Shown here in pieces: positions 12,784 to 23,681 of a DNA stretch of 64,000 nt. Origin of the DNA: Oikopleura dioica (Eukaryota; Animalia; Chordata); contig OU015568.1 in the NCBI GenBank assembly GCA_907165135.1, forward strand, positions 1,674,001 to 1,738,000, read 5' to 3'. Within the stretch, counting starts at the first letter, position 1; the number at the start of each line of letters is the position of its first letter. Made by a program: the position numbers and the translations under genes. Under the pieces are notes generated by a model. It searched no databases. It saw nothing but the letters and a program-made list of their open reading frames with translations, and was not told the origin of the DNA.

Positions 12784-14554
12784 ATGCCTCTTTCGCTTTT
12801 CGGTGGACCGAAGCTGGAAGACATCCTGCTGACACTAAGAATGCAGGAAAAAACACTTGAGCGCGAAGCCAAACGAGCAGAAAAGGAACACAACGCGCTG
12901 AAAGCAAAAGTGAAGAAAGCTATCGCAGAAAAGCGTATTGAATTCGCCCAGATTCACGCTGAATCTGCCGTCCGCAAGCGCAACGAAGCTCTCAAGTATG
13001 AAATTTCTCGCAACTTCTGTTCATTATTTATTTTTCTAGCTATCTTCGTCTTGCATCGAGGATGAACGCAGTCGGCAGCAAGATCAAGTCCGCGCAGAAC
13101 ATGCAGAAAGTGACAAGAGAACTGGGTACAACAACCAAGAGCCTTGAAAAAGTCATGAAAACCATGAACCTCGAAAAGGTAAATATAGCAGGGTGGAACA
13201 TTCGGGCAAAAATTTTGGGTCTGGCCGGCCGATTGCCCGCCGATGCCCGGAAATTTTCATCGGCGCCGGGAAAAACCGGCGAAATTTCGGACGCCCGGCT
13301 TTGCCCGGCGCAGATTTCTGCCCGATTTTTGTCCGGCGCCGATTTTTGCCCGACTTTACTTCGGCGCCGATTTCTGCCCGGCCGCCAACAATAATTCCGG
13401 CGCCGATATTCTATGGACAAAATTAGGACGCCGATTTACTCGACTAAGAAATGAGTGAATGTAAAAATTTCGTGATATGAGCCCGGTTAGGCAGTAGAAA
13501 GTCATTCTTTATAAAAAGGAGGATAATTTCACCGTATGACAAACATGTCGACCATAAAAAGGAAAGTTCCTTAATAATAATTAACAATAATCGAGAGTAG
13601 TGGATTGAAAATGTTAGTATTAGTGCTTCCCTGGTTGGCCCGCCGACTTTTTTTCCCGCCCGCCAACTTTTTCCGGGCGCCGTTTTTCCCGGCCGATGGT
13701 GCCTTTTTCGGGCGCCGACTTTGCCCGACTGCCCGAAGTTGCCCGTTTTTTTAGCCAAAATATGACCCTCGCGCCGGCCGTTTGCCCGCCGTTGCCCGGC
13801 GCCGACCAATTTGCCCGAGTTTGCCCGGCCGAATGTTCCACCCTGAATATAGATAACTAAGGTGGACTTCCAATTTAATCTGCCAAGGGTGCACCTTAAT
13901 TTCCATCTGATTGTCCCAATCTAGTACTTTAACACCTTTTTAGAATCCTCTCGACGAGATATTTTTATTTATCGAGAAAAAAATTAAAAAACTAGAATCG
14001 TTTGGAACTTATAGGGACTTGAAAAATGCATTAGAAATCACAAAAACCGATAAAAATCCGATAAAAAGTCCGAAATTCAAAAATCGGCTTCCATATGGGA
14101 AAAGAGCAGCTAAAGACGATTCTAAAAAGGTTTGATACTTGGGGGTTCTAATGGAAACTTTTTCCGGAAATCGAAAAGCAAATCTGGCAGATTAAATTGA
14201 AAGTCCACCTAAGCGCAAACCCAACGGCGAATTTTTAAGATCACTGCGACGATGGACAAATTCGAGACGCAATTCGAGAACCTTGATGTCGTCACTTCAA
14301 CGATGGAGAGCTCTATGGAAGGTGCTATGGCTACAGGAGGGCAGACAGCGCAAGTTGACGATCTTATCGCCCAAGTCGCTGGTGAAAATGGACTCGAACA
14401 AGAGCTTGAACTGCTCAAAGCTCCAGAAGCGAACAAATCGTAAGAAAATAGACGAAAAATGAACCTGTTTTGAAAAAATCTTTCTAGTGTCGCCGCTCCA
14501 GCAGCCCAAGAAGCAGATGACATCAATGCACGCCTTCAAGCTCTTCGAAATTAA
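12784..14554 (+). CDS. CHMP1: charged multivesicular body protein 1 (ESCRT-III, Did2/Vps46; CHMP1A-like)
   Basis: EAKRAEKE...KVKKAI...HAESAVRKRNEAL, KVMKTMNLEK|ITATMDKFETQFENLDV, VDDLIAQVAGENGLE and the C-terminal MIM1-like DDINARLQALRN*. Confidence 0.95.
13189..13845. mobile_element. 657-bp non-autonomous DNA transposon (MITE), 17-bp TIR, 7-bp TSD; P- or hAT-like ends
   Basis: CAGGGTGGAACATTCGG at 13189 and its reverse complement ending at 13845; AATATAG at 13182-13188 and 13846-13852; GC-rich subterminal TTGCCCG/GGCGCCG repeats around an AT-rich core. Confidence 0.9.
13861..14209. mobile_element. 349-bp PIF/Harbinger-type (Tourist-like) MITE, 25-bp TIR, TAA TSD
   Basis: GGTGGACTTCCAATTTAATCTGCCA at 13861; TGGCAGATTAAATTGAAAGTCCACC ending at 14209 (1 mismatch); TAA at 13858-13860 and 14210-14212. 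Confidence 0.9.
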
Positions 14555-14899
14555 ACACTTCCTCTCCAGTCCTCTTTTCCGCCAGTTCCGATTTCAAGCA
14601 AATACTAATCAAGCGATTAGCGCACTCAACGGATATTCTTCTATTCTTCAAAAATTGTTCTTATTCCAAAAATGCTTTCCCTCCAATAAATATAAATTTC
14701 TCTTAAAAATCAAGAACCTGAGAAGGTCTGCAAAAGAACCGATCTTCGATACATAGTTTATTGATGCAGGAGAATCCTTTGATCAACTCAGTCAGTATAA
14801 ATTTTGGTGGGAGGTTATTCGTAGAAAAACTGTACAGCGGGATTTGTTGAGGGTTTCATACAAAGTTGAAAATCAAGAATTTAGGACCTTCTATCCAAT

Positions 14900-15650
14900 A
14901 AGACTCACTTCTTCGAGGTCCTTTTCTTGTAAAAGCCACCTAAAAAGAACGGTACTGCTTGCTAACACATTTGTTCTTACCTTCTGAGGCTTCTGACAAG
15001 CTCAAAGCCGTTGAGATACTCGACGCCGTTGTACAAGACAGAATGCACTCCATCCAGGAATGATTGAGAATCAGTATCATCTTCTGTATCCTCGAATCTC
15101 GGATGAGCAGAAGACGGAGCGGGCCGAGGTGAAAGGCTCGGAGGCAGACCTAGGAAGGGAATTCGATCCCTGAAGGGATTGTGCTTTGTCAAGTCCTCAG
15201 CGTTGAATTTAGCCACTCGACTAGTGAGAATGTCGTTATCTTCGTCAGTCCTACTTCGACCGAGCATACGGGTACGCTGGAATGATCGTCCGCGGGGGAT
15301 GTAGTCGTTGAGAACCAATCCTGAATTGTTTTTTGAAAAATATTCTTGTTGGGCCCTGCTAAACTGAAATCCTCAGGAATATCCTCAACTCGGATGATAT
15401 TTGAGACATTCAGCTGCAATTCTTTGGAGAAGACTGAATCATGGCGCCCGAGTGCCGCAAGAAACGTGGTGTTCTATATCGGATGTTTTCGGGGAATTTA
15501 TTTGAACTTTATTAATTATTCTGGAAAATTCTTTTATATGATGGCTTGCTTACCTTGCTCACGAGCATCTTTCCTGGCTAGTCTGGCGGTTTTCTCCATT
15601 TCTTCAAGCTCAAGAATCATTCTGTTTTCTGCCCGCGTTCTGCAGTACCG
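14900..15650 (-). CDS. unidentified multi-exon gene
   Basis: Exons NTTFLAALGRHDSVFSKELQLNVSNIIRVEDIPEDFSLA|GLVLNDYIPRGRSFQRTRML...ELVRSLRR join in frame through a short GG-AG intron. Termini approximate. Confidence 0.4.
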
Positions 15651-15847
15651 AACTCGACCTTATCAAAGTTGATTCTAATGTTCGACCGAAAAAAAAATGA
15701 AAAATGACAATGGATACACAACTAATCGGATAATGCCCGGGAGAGAAAGAATTTAAAAGTCTCACATTACTAAGCAAGCTCGCTAAAGTTTAGCCCTTAA
15801 TTTTAGAGTACAAACTCTTAGCGTCTAACAGACGGCTAAGCATCTTT

Positions 15848-18800
15848 TCAACTCATTCCTGACCACTCAAGCGCGTTGTTCTTCTCTTTCCATCTACATC
15901 TTCGTTTCTCTCCATCGTCGATAACTTCCAGTCCCGGGTCACAGTAGATCTGGCATCTGGCTCCAGCTGCGTTATGATTCTCAGAAGAAAGCCATTCTCG
16001 GCCAATCCTGCATTTCCAAGTCCCATTCGGATATTCGTCCAGGGGTCCGGAATCATTTTCAAAAAGGGGAGGGCAGGTTTCAGTATCGTAGTCAACCGGC
16101 GCTTCCCAATCTGTGATCTCGTTGGCTTCATCAGAATCTTCTGGAACACAGTCAAAATCGTCCTGTGTCCACATGCAAGCCTTCGAAAATGTTATTCTTA
16201 GAAGCTAGAAGTAAAATCTTACATCCTGTCGATTGGAGCATCGGCAACGTCTGGTAATATGTCTATTACCGGGGATATAATTCTTCGGACACTGCAGCTT
16301 ACATCTGAAAATCTACTTAGCGTCTTTATGAACACGATGAGCCGTATTTTAGACTTTCGAAAGTGAATCTTTTTGGTTGCATAATGATCGGATCAGCGGC
16401 ATCAACAAAGCTGATTTGAGTCTCAAGAAGAGTCAAGTAACCACTTTTTCTAACGCCATGTTTTCGGGTCAGTATAATTCGAGGGTTGTTTCGTGATCAA
16501 ACTATACCTTGAGTTAAAATGAAAGCCTTTTGAACAGCTCCAGCTTCCGACCTCAGAACTAAGCTCTTCGCAAATACCTCCAGCGACGGGAGCTTGTGTC
16601 GTTATCTCAATATCTTCTTCAGGGAGGCAGAAAAGCTGCTCGTCATTCCAATCACATTTTCCTTTGCGGCATTTGCACCGCAAAACGGTACGGCGCTGCT
16701 CATATCGATCGTTGCATTGAAGTTTGCACTAGTACTGAGCTCATAAAACGTCGTAATTTTAGGAGGAAGATTTTCCGAATTTAATCAAAAATATTTATCG
16801 AACTCTCCTTTGTATCATGAGAATTCCCATCTGTGCACTCCCAGAAACCATTAGGATCTTCAAGCGCCTCACAAAATTCGTCTGCCGCGGTTGTCGTAGC
16901 TTCAGGATCTTTTGTTGTTGGAACTGGCGTCGTGGTTGGCTCTTCTAAGCAGGTTAAGTCTGGTTCAGTCCATCCGCAACCAGTATCAGAACATTCGCAG
17001 GATGTTTTCATTCTGAAAACCGCGTTGAGTCAAGAACATGAAATTCGAGATCATTCGATAATTACCTAGCGTGAGAGTCAAAGAGCGGTTTTTGGCAGCG
17101 AAGTTTACACTAAGAAGGATTATTGTTAAATTGCACAAATAGTTTGTCGGAAGACACGGTTTTGTGTTCCACTGGTAACCTAATAAATAACACGCAACGG
17201 AACTAAATCAAGTATTGTGTGCTACTAAGAAGCTATTATTGCGATCTTCAAACCTGGACACCTTCAGGGAGAGTGTCAGCCAACTCGTATTCTTCTGGGT
17301 TAAATTCGAAGATTTCACCACCCCAGCCTTCAATTTTACAAATCCATTGGGAGCGTTCATGAGGAGCAGTCAATGGTGGGCAGTTTTTGCTTTCATCAAC
17401 TGTTGTTGCTGTTGAAACCCACGACCATGTGGTTGTTTTTGGTGTTAATTCATCAGAAGTCGAGGTAGTATAAACTAGAGTTGACGAAGTAGGATCATAC
17501 GAAGATGTCGATGTTGTTCCTTGATCACTTGTCGTCGATGAAAATGCAGAAGTGCTGGTATAATCTGTCGATGTCGTGGGTCTTGATGATGTTCTGGAGG
17601 TTGTGGAAGTGGGGTCATATGAAGATGTCGTTGTTGTTCCTGAGTCTCTTGTTGTCGTAGAAAATGCGCTAGTGCTGGTGTAATCTGTTGTTGACGTAGT
17701 TTTTGAAGTTGTTCTGGAAGTTGTCGATTCGGTCACAGATGTGGTGTAACCACTTGTGCCGAAAGGAGTAGTTGTAGTTTTTACAGTAGATGTTGTCGTA
17801 GAAGTTGTTGATGTCGTTGTTGTTGTGTAACTAGTCGTAGTTGTGATTTCTGTCGTGGTTGTTGTGGTCGTAGTTGTAGATGAGGTTAAACTTGTGTAAT
17901 CTGTTGTTGTGGTAATTCCTTTCGATGAAGTCGTTGATGAGGTTGTCGCCGAGCTTGTTGTTGTTGACAAGGTCTTTGGTGAAGTTGAAACTGAGCTAGA
18001 AGTCGTCGTGTAATCCGTTGATGTGACAGAACTTGTTGTTGTTGTTGAGCTAGTCGTTGAGATTGCAGTGGTATAATCTGTTGTTTGCGTGGTAGTATAC
18101 TTTGTAGATGACGTTGCAGTTGCTGTTGTCGAAGAAACTGATGATGTATAATCTGTTGATGTTGTAATATCGGTTGTAGATGTGTTCTCAGTCGACGATG
18201 AGTACCCTGTCGATGTTGTATAATCTGATGTTGTCGTTTTTTGTGTTGAGGTTGATGAAAAATAACTCGATGTACTTATTGGTGAGCTCGTAGATGAAGT
18301 TTGATCAGTTGAAGTTGATGTTGTCGTCCTTGTTGTTGTGAATTTGGGCGTTGAAAATGTTGTTGATGTGGTCCTTTCTGTAGTTGTTGTTCCAAATGTG
18401 GTAGTTGAGCTTCCATAAGATGTTGTTGATGTGTACGCCGAAGTTGTTGTTGGTTTGAACGTTGAGGTTGTCGTGGAATATTCAGTTGTTGAAGTTTCGA
18501 ATAGAGTTGATGTTGTCGGTTCAGTTGTGGAGCTGTATAAAGTCTTTTCTTCAGTCGTAGTTTGATAATCAGTTGTGGAGGTCGATGTCTCGAATAGAGT
18601 AGAAGTTGTTGGCTCACTCGTCGTGCTGAAAGAAGAAGACGTTGTCTTTTCGGCAGTGGTCGACTCATAACCAGTTGTTGAGGTTGAGCTCTCGAATACT
18701 GTTGATGTTGTTGGTAAAGTCGTAGAGCTGTACAATGTCGAAGTTGTCTTTCCTGAAGTCGTTGTCCCAAAACCAGTTGTTGTAGAAGTTGACGTCTGAG

Positions 18801-19925
18801 TCGTCGATATTGCAGAGCTCGTCGATGTTTCAGTAGTCGTTGTAGAATAAGTTGTGGTAGAAACTGTAGTCGAGGTAGACGTTGACGTAACTGATGACGT
18901 TGTTGTGATGTCAGAAGTTGTCGACGAGGTTTCAGTTGTTGTTGTAGACGTTCCTCCTGTAGTCTTGGTAGTAATGTCCTCGGTCGAAGTTGTTGTTGAG
19001 ATTGTTGTAGTTGTAGAAGTATTTGTCGTTGTTGTATACTCTGTTGTTGTCGATTCTGGTTCCGTTGTTGTCGTTGTAGTCATTGTGGTGGTAGTAGTTG
19101 TTGAAGTTGTCGTTGTTGATGTTGTCGATCTTGTGGTTGTTGTAGTTGTAGACTTTGTTGTGGTTGTAGTCGATCTTGTTGTTGTCGTGGTGGCAGTTGT
19201 AGTTGTGGTTGTAGTTGATCTTGCTGTGGTGGTGGTAGTTGTTGTAGAGGTAGCTGTTGTAGTTGTTGTCTTTGTTGTGGTTGTCGTCGATCTTGTGGTG
19301 GTGGTGGAGGTTGTTGTAGTTATTGTAGTTGTAGTCTTTGTTGTGGTTGTAGTCGATCTCGTGGTCGTTGTGGTGGTAGTTGTAGACTTTGTTGTAGTTG
19401 TAGTTGATCTTGTGGTTGTGGTGGTGGTTGTTGTTGTTGTGGATGTAGCTGTCGTCGTAGAAGTAGTTGTTGTTTTAGTAGAAGTGGTTGTTGTTGAAGT
19501 TGTAGTCGTTGTGCTTGGTCGTCCCGGACAAAATGTATCAACACCTGATTGTAGTTCAACATCGAAAAATTTCCATTTGCACCCAGTAAAAAGCAGTAAA
19601 AAGCCATTCGATGAAAAACAATCACATTTTGCTACGCCGTGAGCCTCGCCATAATAACAGCTTGGAGTGCATACTGCTCCTGATTCTAGGTTCTCTGGGC
19701 AAGCCCATTCTCCTAGCTCGATTGTTGCAGCGTCATTAATTTTAGTCCCGTTCAAGGATGAGCATGATTCCTAAAAGATAACATAGTGCTTTTTCGAGTC
19801 AATTTTCTTACGCTTGATCTTGAAGCTAATTTATATGTAGTCTCCGCATTGAAAGTATTTTCTTCGTCCAAGTCAAAAGAAAAACACGTTCCAAGCAGCA
19901 AGAACGTGAAAAATCGACTCTTCAT
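15848..19925 (-). CDS. secreted Thr/Ser-rich mucin-like protein with Sushi/CCP-like Cys modules
   Basis: Signal-like MKSRFFTFLLGTCFS (ATG 19925); one Cys module, ~700 aa of T/S-rich sequence in one exon (ORF 17248-19755), then at least four C..W.C....C...C...C.C..C.W modules; no TM segment. Confidence 0.85.
17390..19510 (-). repeat. low-complexity ACA/ACT/ACC codon repeats encoding the mucin domain
   Basis: Imperfect TTTTTRSTTTTTK repeats (~19050-19510) and duplicated blocks such as EPTTSTLFETST and STTDYTSTSAFS..SSYDPTS. Confidence 0.9.
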
Positions 19926-20244
19926 AAAACTCTCTTTTTCTAGTCGCGTCTCTATTTATAAATTTTTCATAAGAGGATTATCTCTTCTTATTGAGAAAAA
20001 CTCCGCAAGTCCAAAAGCAACTGGAAATACTTTTGCTTGTTGTTTGCGTGATTAAACAGGTTTCAGAGTCGGAGATCACTCAGCCAAAATGCTGCCCTGC
20101 TGCCTGAAATGGATACGTTTTAGCTTGAGCCCCCGGATCGACAAAGTTTTCAATAACCGCCTTCACGGATCCTCGCCCCTTGGCCTGGAGAAAAATGATA
20201 GAAGCAAAAGTATTTTTCACAGTTCGTTTATATTCTCTCAGAAT

Positions 20245-23207
20245 TTAAATAAAAGATCCTTGGCAACCTTCTCCAACACAATCTTCAAATGGTCGGACTG
20301 CGGGGATAATTTGAACTTCGGAAGTGTACTCAAATCCGTGAATTCCATCTGGGCCAGGGAAAGCGATCTCGAAGAAAAATGCTCGGTAGGTTTCTGGGTT
20401 TTCTTCCAGTTCGATAACCCAATGGTTCTCGGCAATCTGAGTCGCCATGGTTTTTCGGAAGGTATTCAATTGCGCTTGGAAATCTAAAGATTTTATGAAA
20501 AAAGTCTCGATGCGGAATCATACTAATAAGATCTTCCGGTTTGATCATAGGAGCGGTCCAGGAAGGATCGAATTGTCCATGGCCGCGTGCTTTCGAAGAT
20601 GTGTATTCTCCTGTCAGATTGAAGGCTTTGTACAAATCGTACATACTGTCCTCATCGATGTCCTTATCAGTCAGTTCAAGCTCAACTTCTTCTTCGTCAT
20701 CCTCCGCTGAGCGACCAGCACAAGCATCTGGGCATACAGATCCCTCAGGGCAAGGTCCTTAAGTTTTCAATCTAACAAGAGTATATTCAAATTCTATACC
20801 TGGATATCCGTCAGGCTCGTTCGGCATGTCTGGAAGAAGATAATTTCCTTTTTCATTATTTCGAACTCCGGCAACTCTGAAATCTTTTCTGAATCTCGAC
20901 AGATTGTCGCCCATCCAACCAAAGATCATCGACGGCTGAATCTGTCCAGTAACGTAGAGGTCGATTCGTCCTTTTCGAGAAGCTGCATCTTCTGTAAGCT
21001 CCCAAGTGAACTCCGGAAGAGGTTGATCTTTCACGGCGGCGAGGAAGGTTGATCGAATGGTGAAGGCGAGATGAGGGTTGGAGATTCCATTGAGAAGGGT
21101 ACTAAAAGAATATAAATCCCTTTTACCGGGGTAGACTTCCTCAGGAAGTCCTTACCTGTGATCAGTATTTGGCATCATTCGGATAAATTTCGGCTCTGGC
21201 ATCTCATCCCACCAAAGATTGATATCGTCAGGCATGAAAAACTCGTCTCCGGTCGCAGAAATTACCACTTTAGGCATCGTGAAACGATCTTTGTAAGTAA
21301 AAGGGTCAATGAGGTCCATCATTGGTCGCATATTTGGATCATCAATTCTAAAAAATAAATGTTTGTAATAAACAAAAGCTACTGTATCGGTCAAAAAATA
21401 GTCAAACATACCTGAACTTATTACTTTTGCATTCATGCATGAAAATATAGACGTCTGCCAAGACCATTAAAAATTTGTCATTTAAAAAAATTAGGATAAT
21501 GAGAAACCCGCAATCGCGTTTGACTTTCGATGTAGCAATAACTAACAGAGCCATGAAAAAAATATGACTTTCGCGACCGAGCTCACCTCAATATTGAGTT
21601 TTTTGTACTTAAAAGAACGTCTCGAGAAATAAAAAAAGGAAACAAAATGAAGATCGTATTGACCATTTTCTTTTTTCTCAGCATTGTGTTAGTTCATTTA
21701 TAATTTTTCTCAAAAAACATTATTTCAGGGCTGCTGATGGATGGCTCTCATCGAATTTAAAAAGTCTCATCAACAAATATTCCAGGAGAGTTAATGGTCT
21801 TGGCCCAACCATGAGGTAAGAAATTCATTCCCGTTGAAAAATATTAAAGTTTCTAGAACTCGAGATGCCCCGCATAATCTCTTCCTCACTACGAAACGAA
21901 GCGACCCCGGTTCATCCTTCTTTCTCCGGAATTTTATGACATTCGATTACCCACGTGACCAAACTAGTATTGTTTACAAATAAACTTACCTTCCGTTAAT
22001 ACCTTCGTACCAATAATCCGTAAATGTAAAGGTCCAGTTGCCCATATTTCGCCACATTTGATGCATTATATCATCCATATTTAAAAAGTCTGAAAGCCTC
22101 AAGTTCAAATTTAGAAAAACATTATGAATTTTTTACCAAGAACGATCGGAGCTATCATCACCACTCGCTCAGGGTCAGCAGCAGCTGTCATCCAAGTTGT
22201 CCAGCCTCGTTTTGAAGCACCTTTCATTGTTGATTAAAAATGTATTGAAGACTCACCCAATTTACCTGTGACACCCCATTTGTCTATCTCCGGCCAGCCA
22301 AATTCGTCTTGAACAAATTCTGAGACCATGTCCATTGCCCTCAGAGCTGCTTTTGTCATTGGAAATCTGAGGAGCCACTCTGGCTCGTCTGGAAAATCGA
22401 GAAAGTGACGCCAAGTTATGGCAATGATAGCATCTTCCGTTCGCTTGCACTTCCAGTCGTTGAGGAAAATCAAGCGCTCGTTTGGCACTTGTTTGATTCC
22501 GACAAACACATTGCCTGTTGTTCGAGCGAAGAAACGGCCGTATTGAAGCATGTCGTCCATCAGATTCGGCGGGTTGTTGCTGTTGCCGCTGCCGTCGATG
22601 AGCATGAGAGCCGAGCCGAGAAGCTTCTTGTCGAGGATTTTGTCATTAGGGACCCAAACATTGACCCAGTGCTTCCACACAGTTCGCTCGGGATGATCGG
22701 GACCATCGTTGTCGATGTAATAAACTTAATGTCGAAATGATTATTTTTCATAGAAAATTACAAATGTAATTGCTCGTTCGATAGCCTATCGGGTTATACC
22801 ATGATTCTTTCAAACGACCTTTGCTAGCGCTTTTAATTATTCATCAACGATTGCCAGCTGAAAAATACCCAATTTCTCTTGCGAATTTCAATTTTATGGT
22901 TTTTATCCTAAACCAAAATTTTAAAAATTAGCTCACCCGACTCATTCAGCCATTTTTGCGACTTGAGCAAAAACGCGTATCCAGTGATATCCTTGAACTG
23001 AGTGTACGTCTCTCTCAACTCGTAACTGTAGTATCCGTCCTTTTTCCAAACATACTCGTCAAAAGCGTTGCACAAATCAGTCGGCCTGGTCTTTGGGCAC
23101 GGATTTCTGTAGTAGTCTCTCGGGTTATTCAGGTAATCCTGAGACCAGGAATCTTCCTGGGCGGAAGAAAACGAGGCCAGAACCGCGAGAAATTTGAAAT
23201 TTCTCAT
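20245..23207 (-). CDS. secreted PqaA / AprA-family alpha/beta-hydrolase-fold protein
   Basis: Signal peptide MRNFKFLAVLASFSSA; LKSQKWL, WKHWVNVWVP, KQVPNE, RTEDAIIAITW, WLLRFPMTKAALRAMD, spliced G|ASKRGWTTW, DPFTYKDRFTMPKVVISATGDEFFMPD, C-terminal RAFFFEIAFP...PFEDCVGEGCQGSFI*. Confidence 0.9.
21647..21983 (+). CDS. nested 84-aa secreted peptide precursor with dibasic sites
   Basis: Exons 21647-21687, 21729-21815 and 21857-21983, two 41-nt GT-AG introns, open throughout: MKIVLTIFFFLSIVAADGWLSSNLKSLINKYSRRVNGLGPTMRTRDAPHNLFLTTKRSDPGSSFFLRNFMTFDYPRDQTSIVYK*; AATAAA overlaps the stop. Confidence 0.75.
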
Positions 23208-23462
23208 TTTGCAGCGGATTGCAGGGTAGTTCTGGAAGCGTACCAGAAGAGCAAAGAAGTAAACATGAAAGATGCAAACATATTGCATAGAATAAACATA
23301 AACAAAGCGGGTTATCGTTCGATTTTTATTCTCATTTCATGTATAGCCTATATATGTATAGGACATTTTTGTTATACAGTGAAGGAGTTCACCAAAGTCG
23401 AATTACGAAGACTTTTAGAAGAAACAGATTTCATTTTATCAAACAGTAATTATTCTTCAAAT

Positions 23463-23681
23463 TCAATCGTCTCGAAGCTGGAGCAAATTTTCGGCAGTGA
23501 ATTCTTTTCTGCAGTAAGGACAGCTCGGTTTCTCCAAACTCGCGATGCAGGAGCTGCACATTTTGTGGCCACAGGAAGTGAGGGCGAATTCCAAATGGTT
23601 CCGGTAGTCGTATCGTTCGTAGCAAATCATGCAATGGTAGAAACGGTAGGTGTAGTCGTCCATGTCCTCGCTTCTTGGCAT
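23463..23681 (-). CDS. small RING-HC finger protein (~72 aa)
   Basis: CMICYERY...LTSCGHKMCSSCIASLEKPSCPYCRK fits C3HC4 spacing. Confidence 0.8.
   Translation of the reverse strand: MPRSEDMDDYTYRFYHCMICYERYDYRNHLEFALTSCGHKMCSSCIASLEKPSCPYCRKEFTAENLLQLRDD

Noticed and set aside
13243-13420. GGCGCCGATTT(C/T)TGCCCG repeats as a possible CRISPR array or REP cluster
   Set aside because: Eukaryotic intron, irregular spacing, no unique spacers; explained as subterminal TE repeats.
13040-13841. Several Arg/Pro/Ala-rich ORFs
   Set aside because: Arise from GC-rich MITE arms; no transposase motifs.
18854-19642. 262-aa poly-Val ORF on + and Gln/Leu-rich ORFs at 18276 and 19320
   Set aside because: Antisense or shifted-frame shadows of the Thr codon repeats.
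20060-20190. Short open frame AKGRGSVKAVIENFVDPGAQAKTYPFQ between PqaA and mucin genes
   Set aside because: No start codon and no frame-compatible splice to either neighbour; probably UTR or outron.
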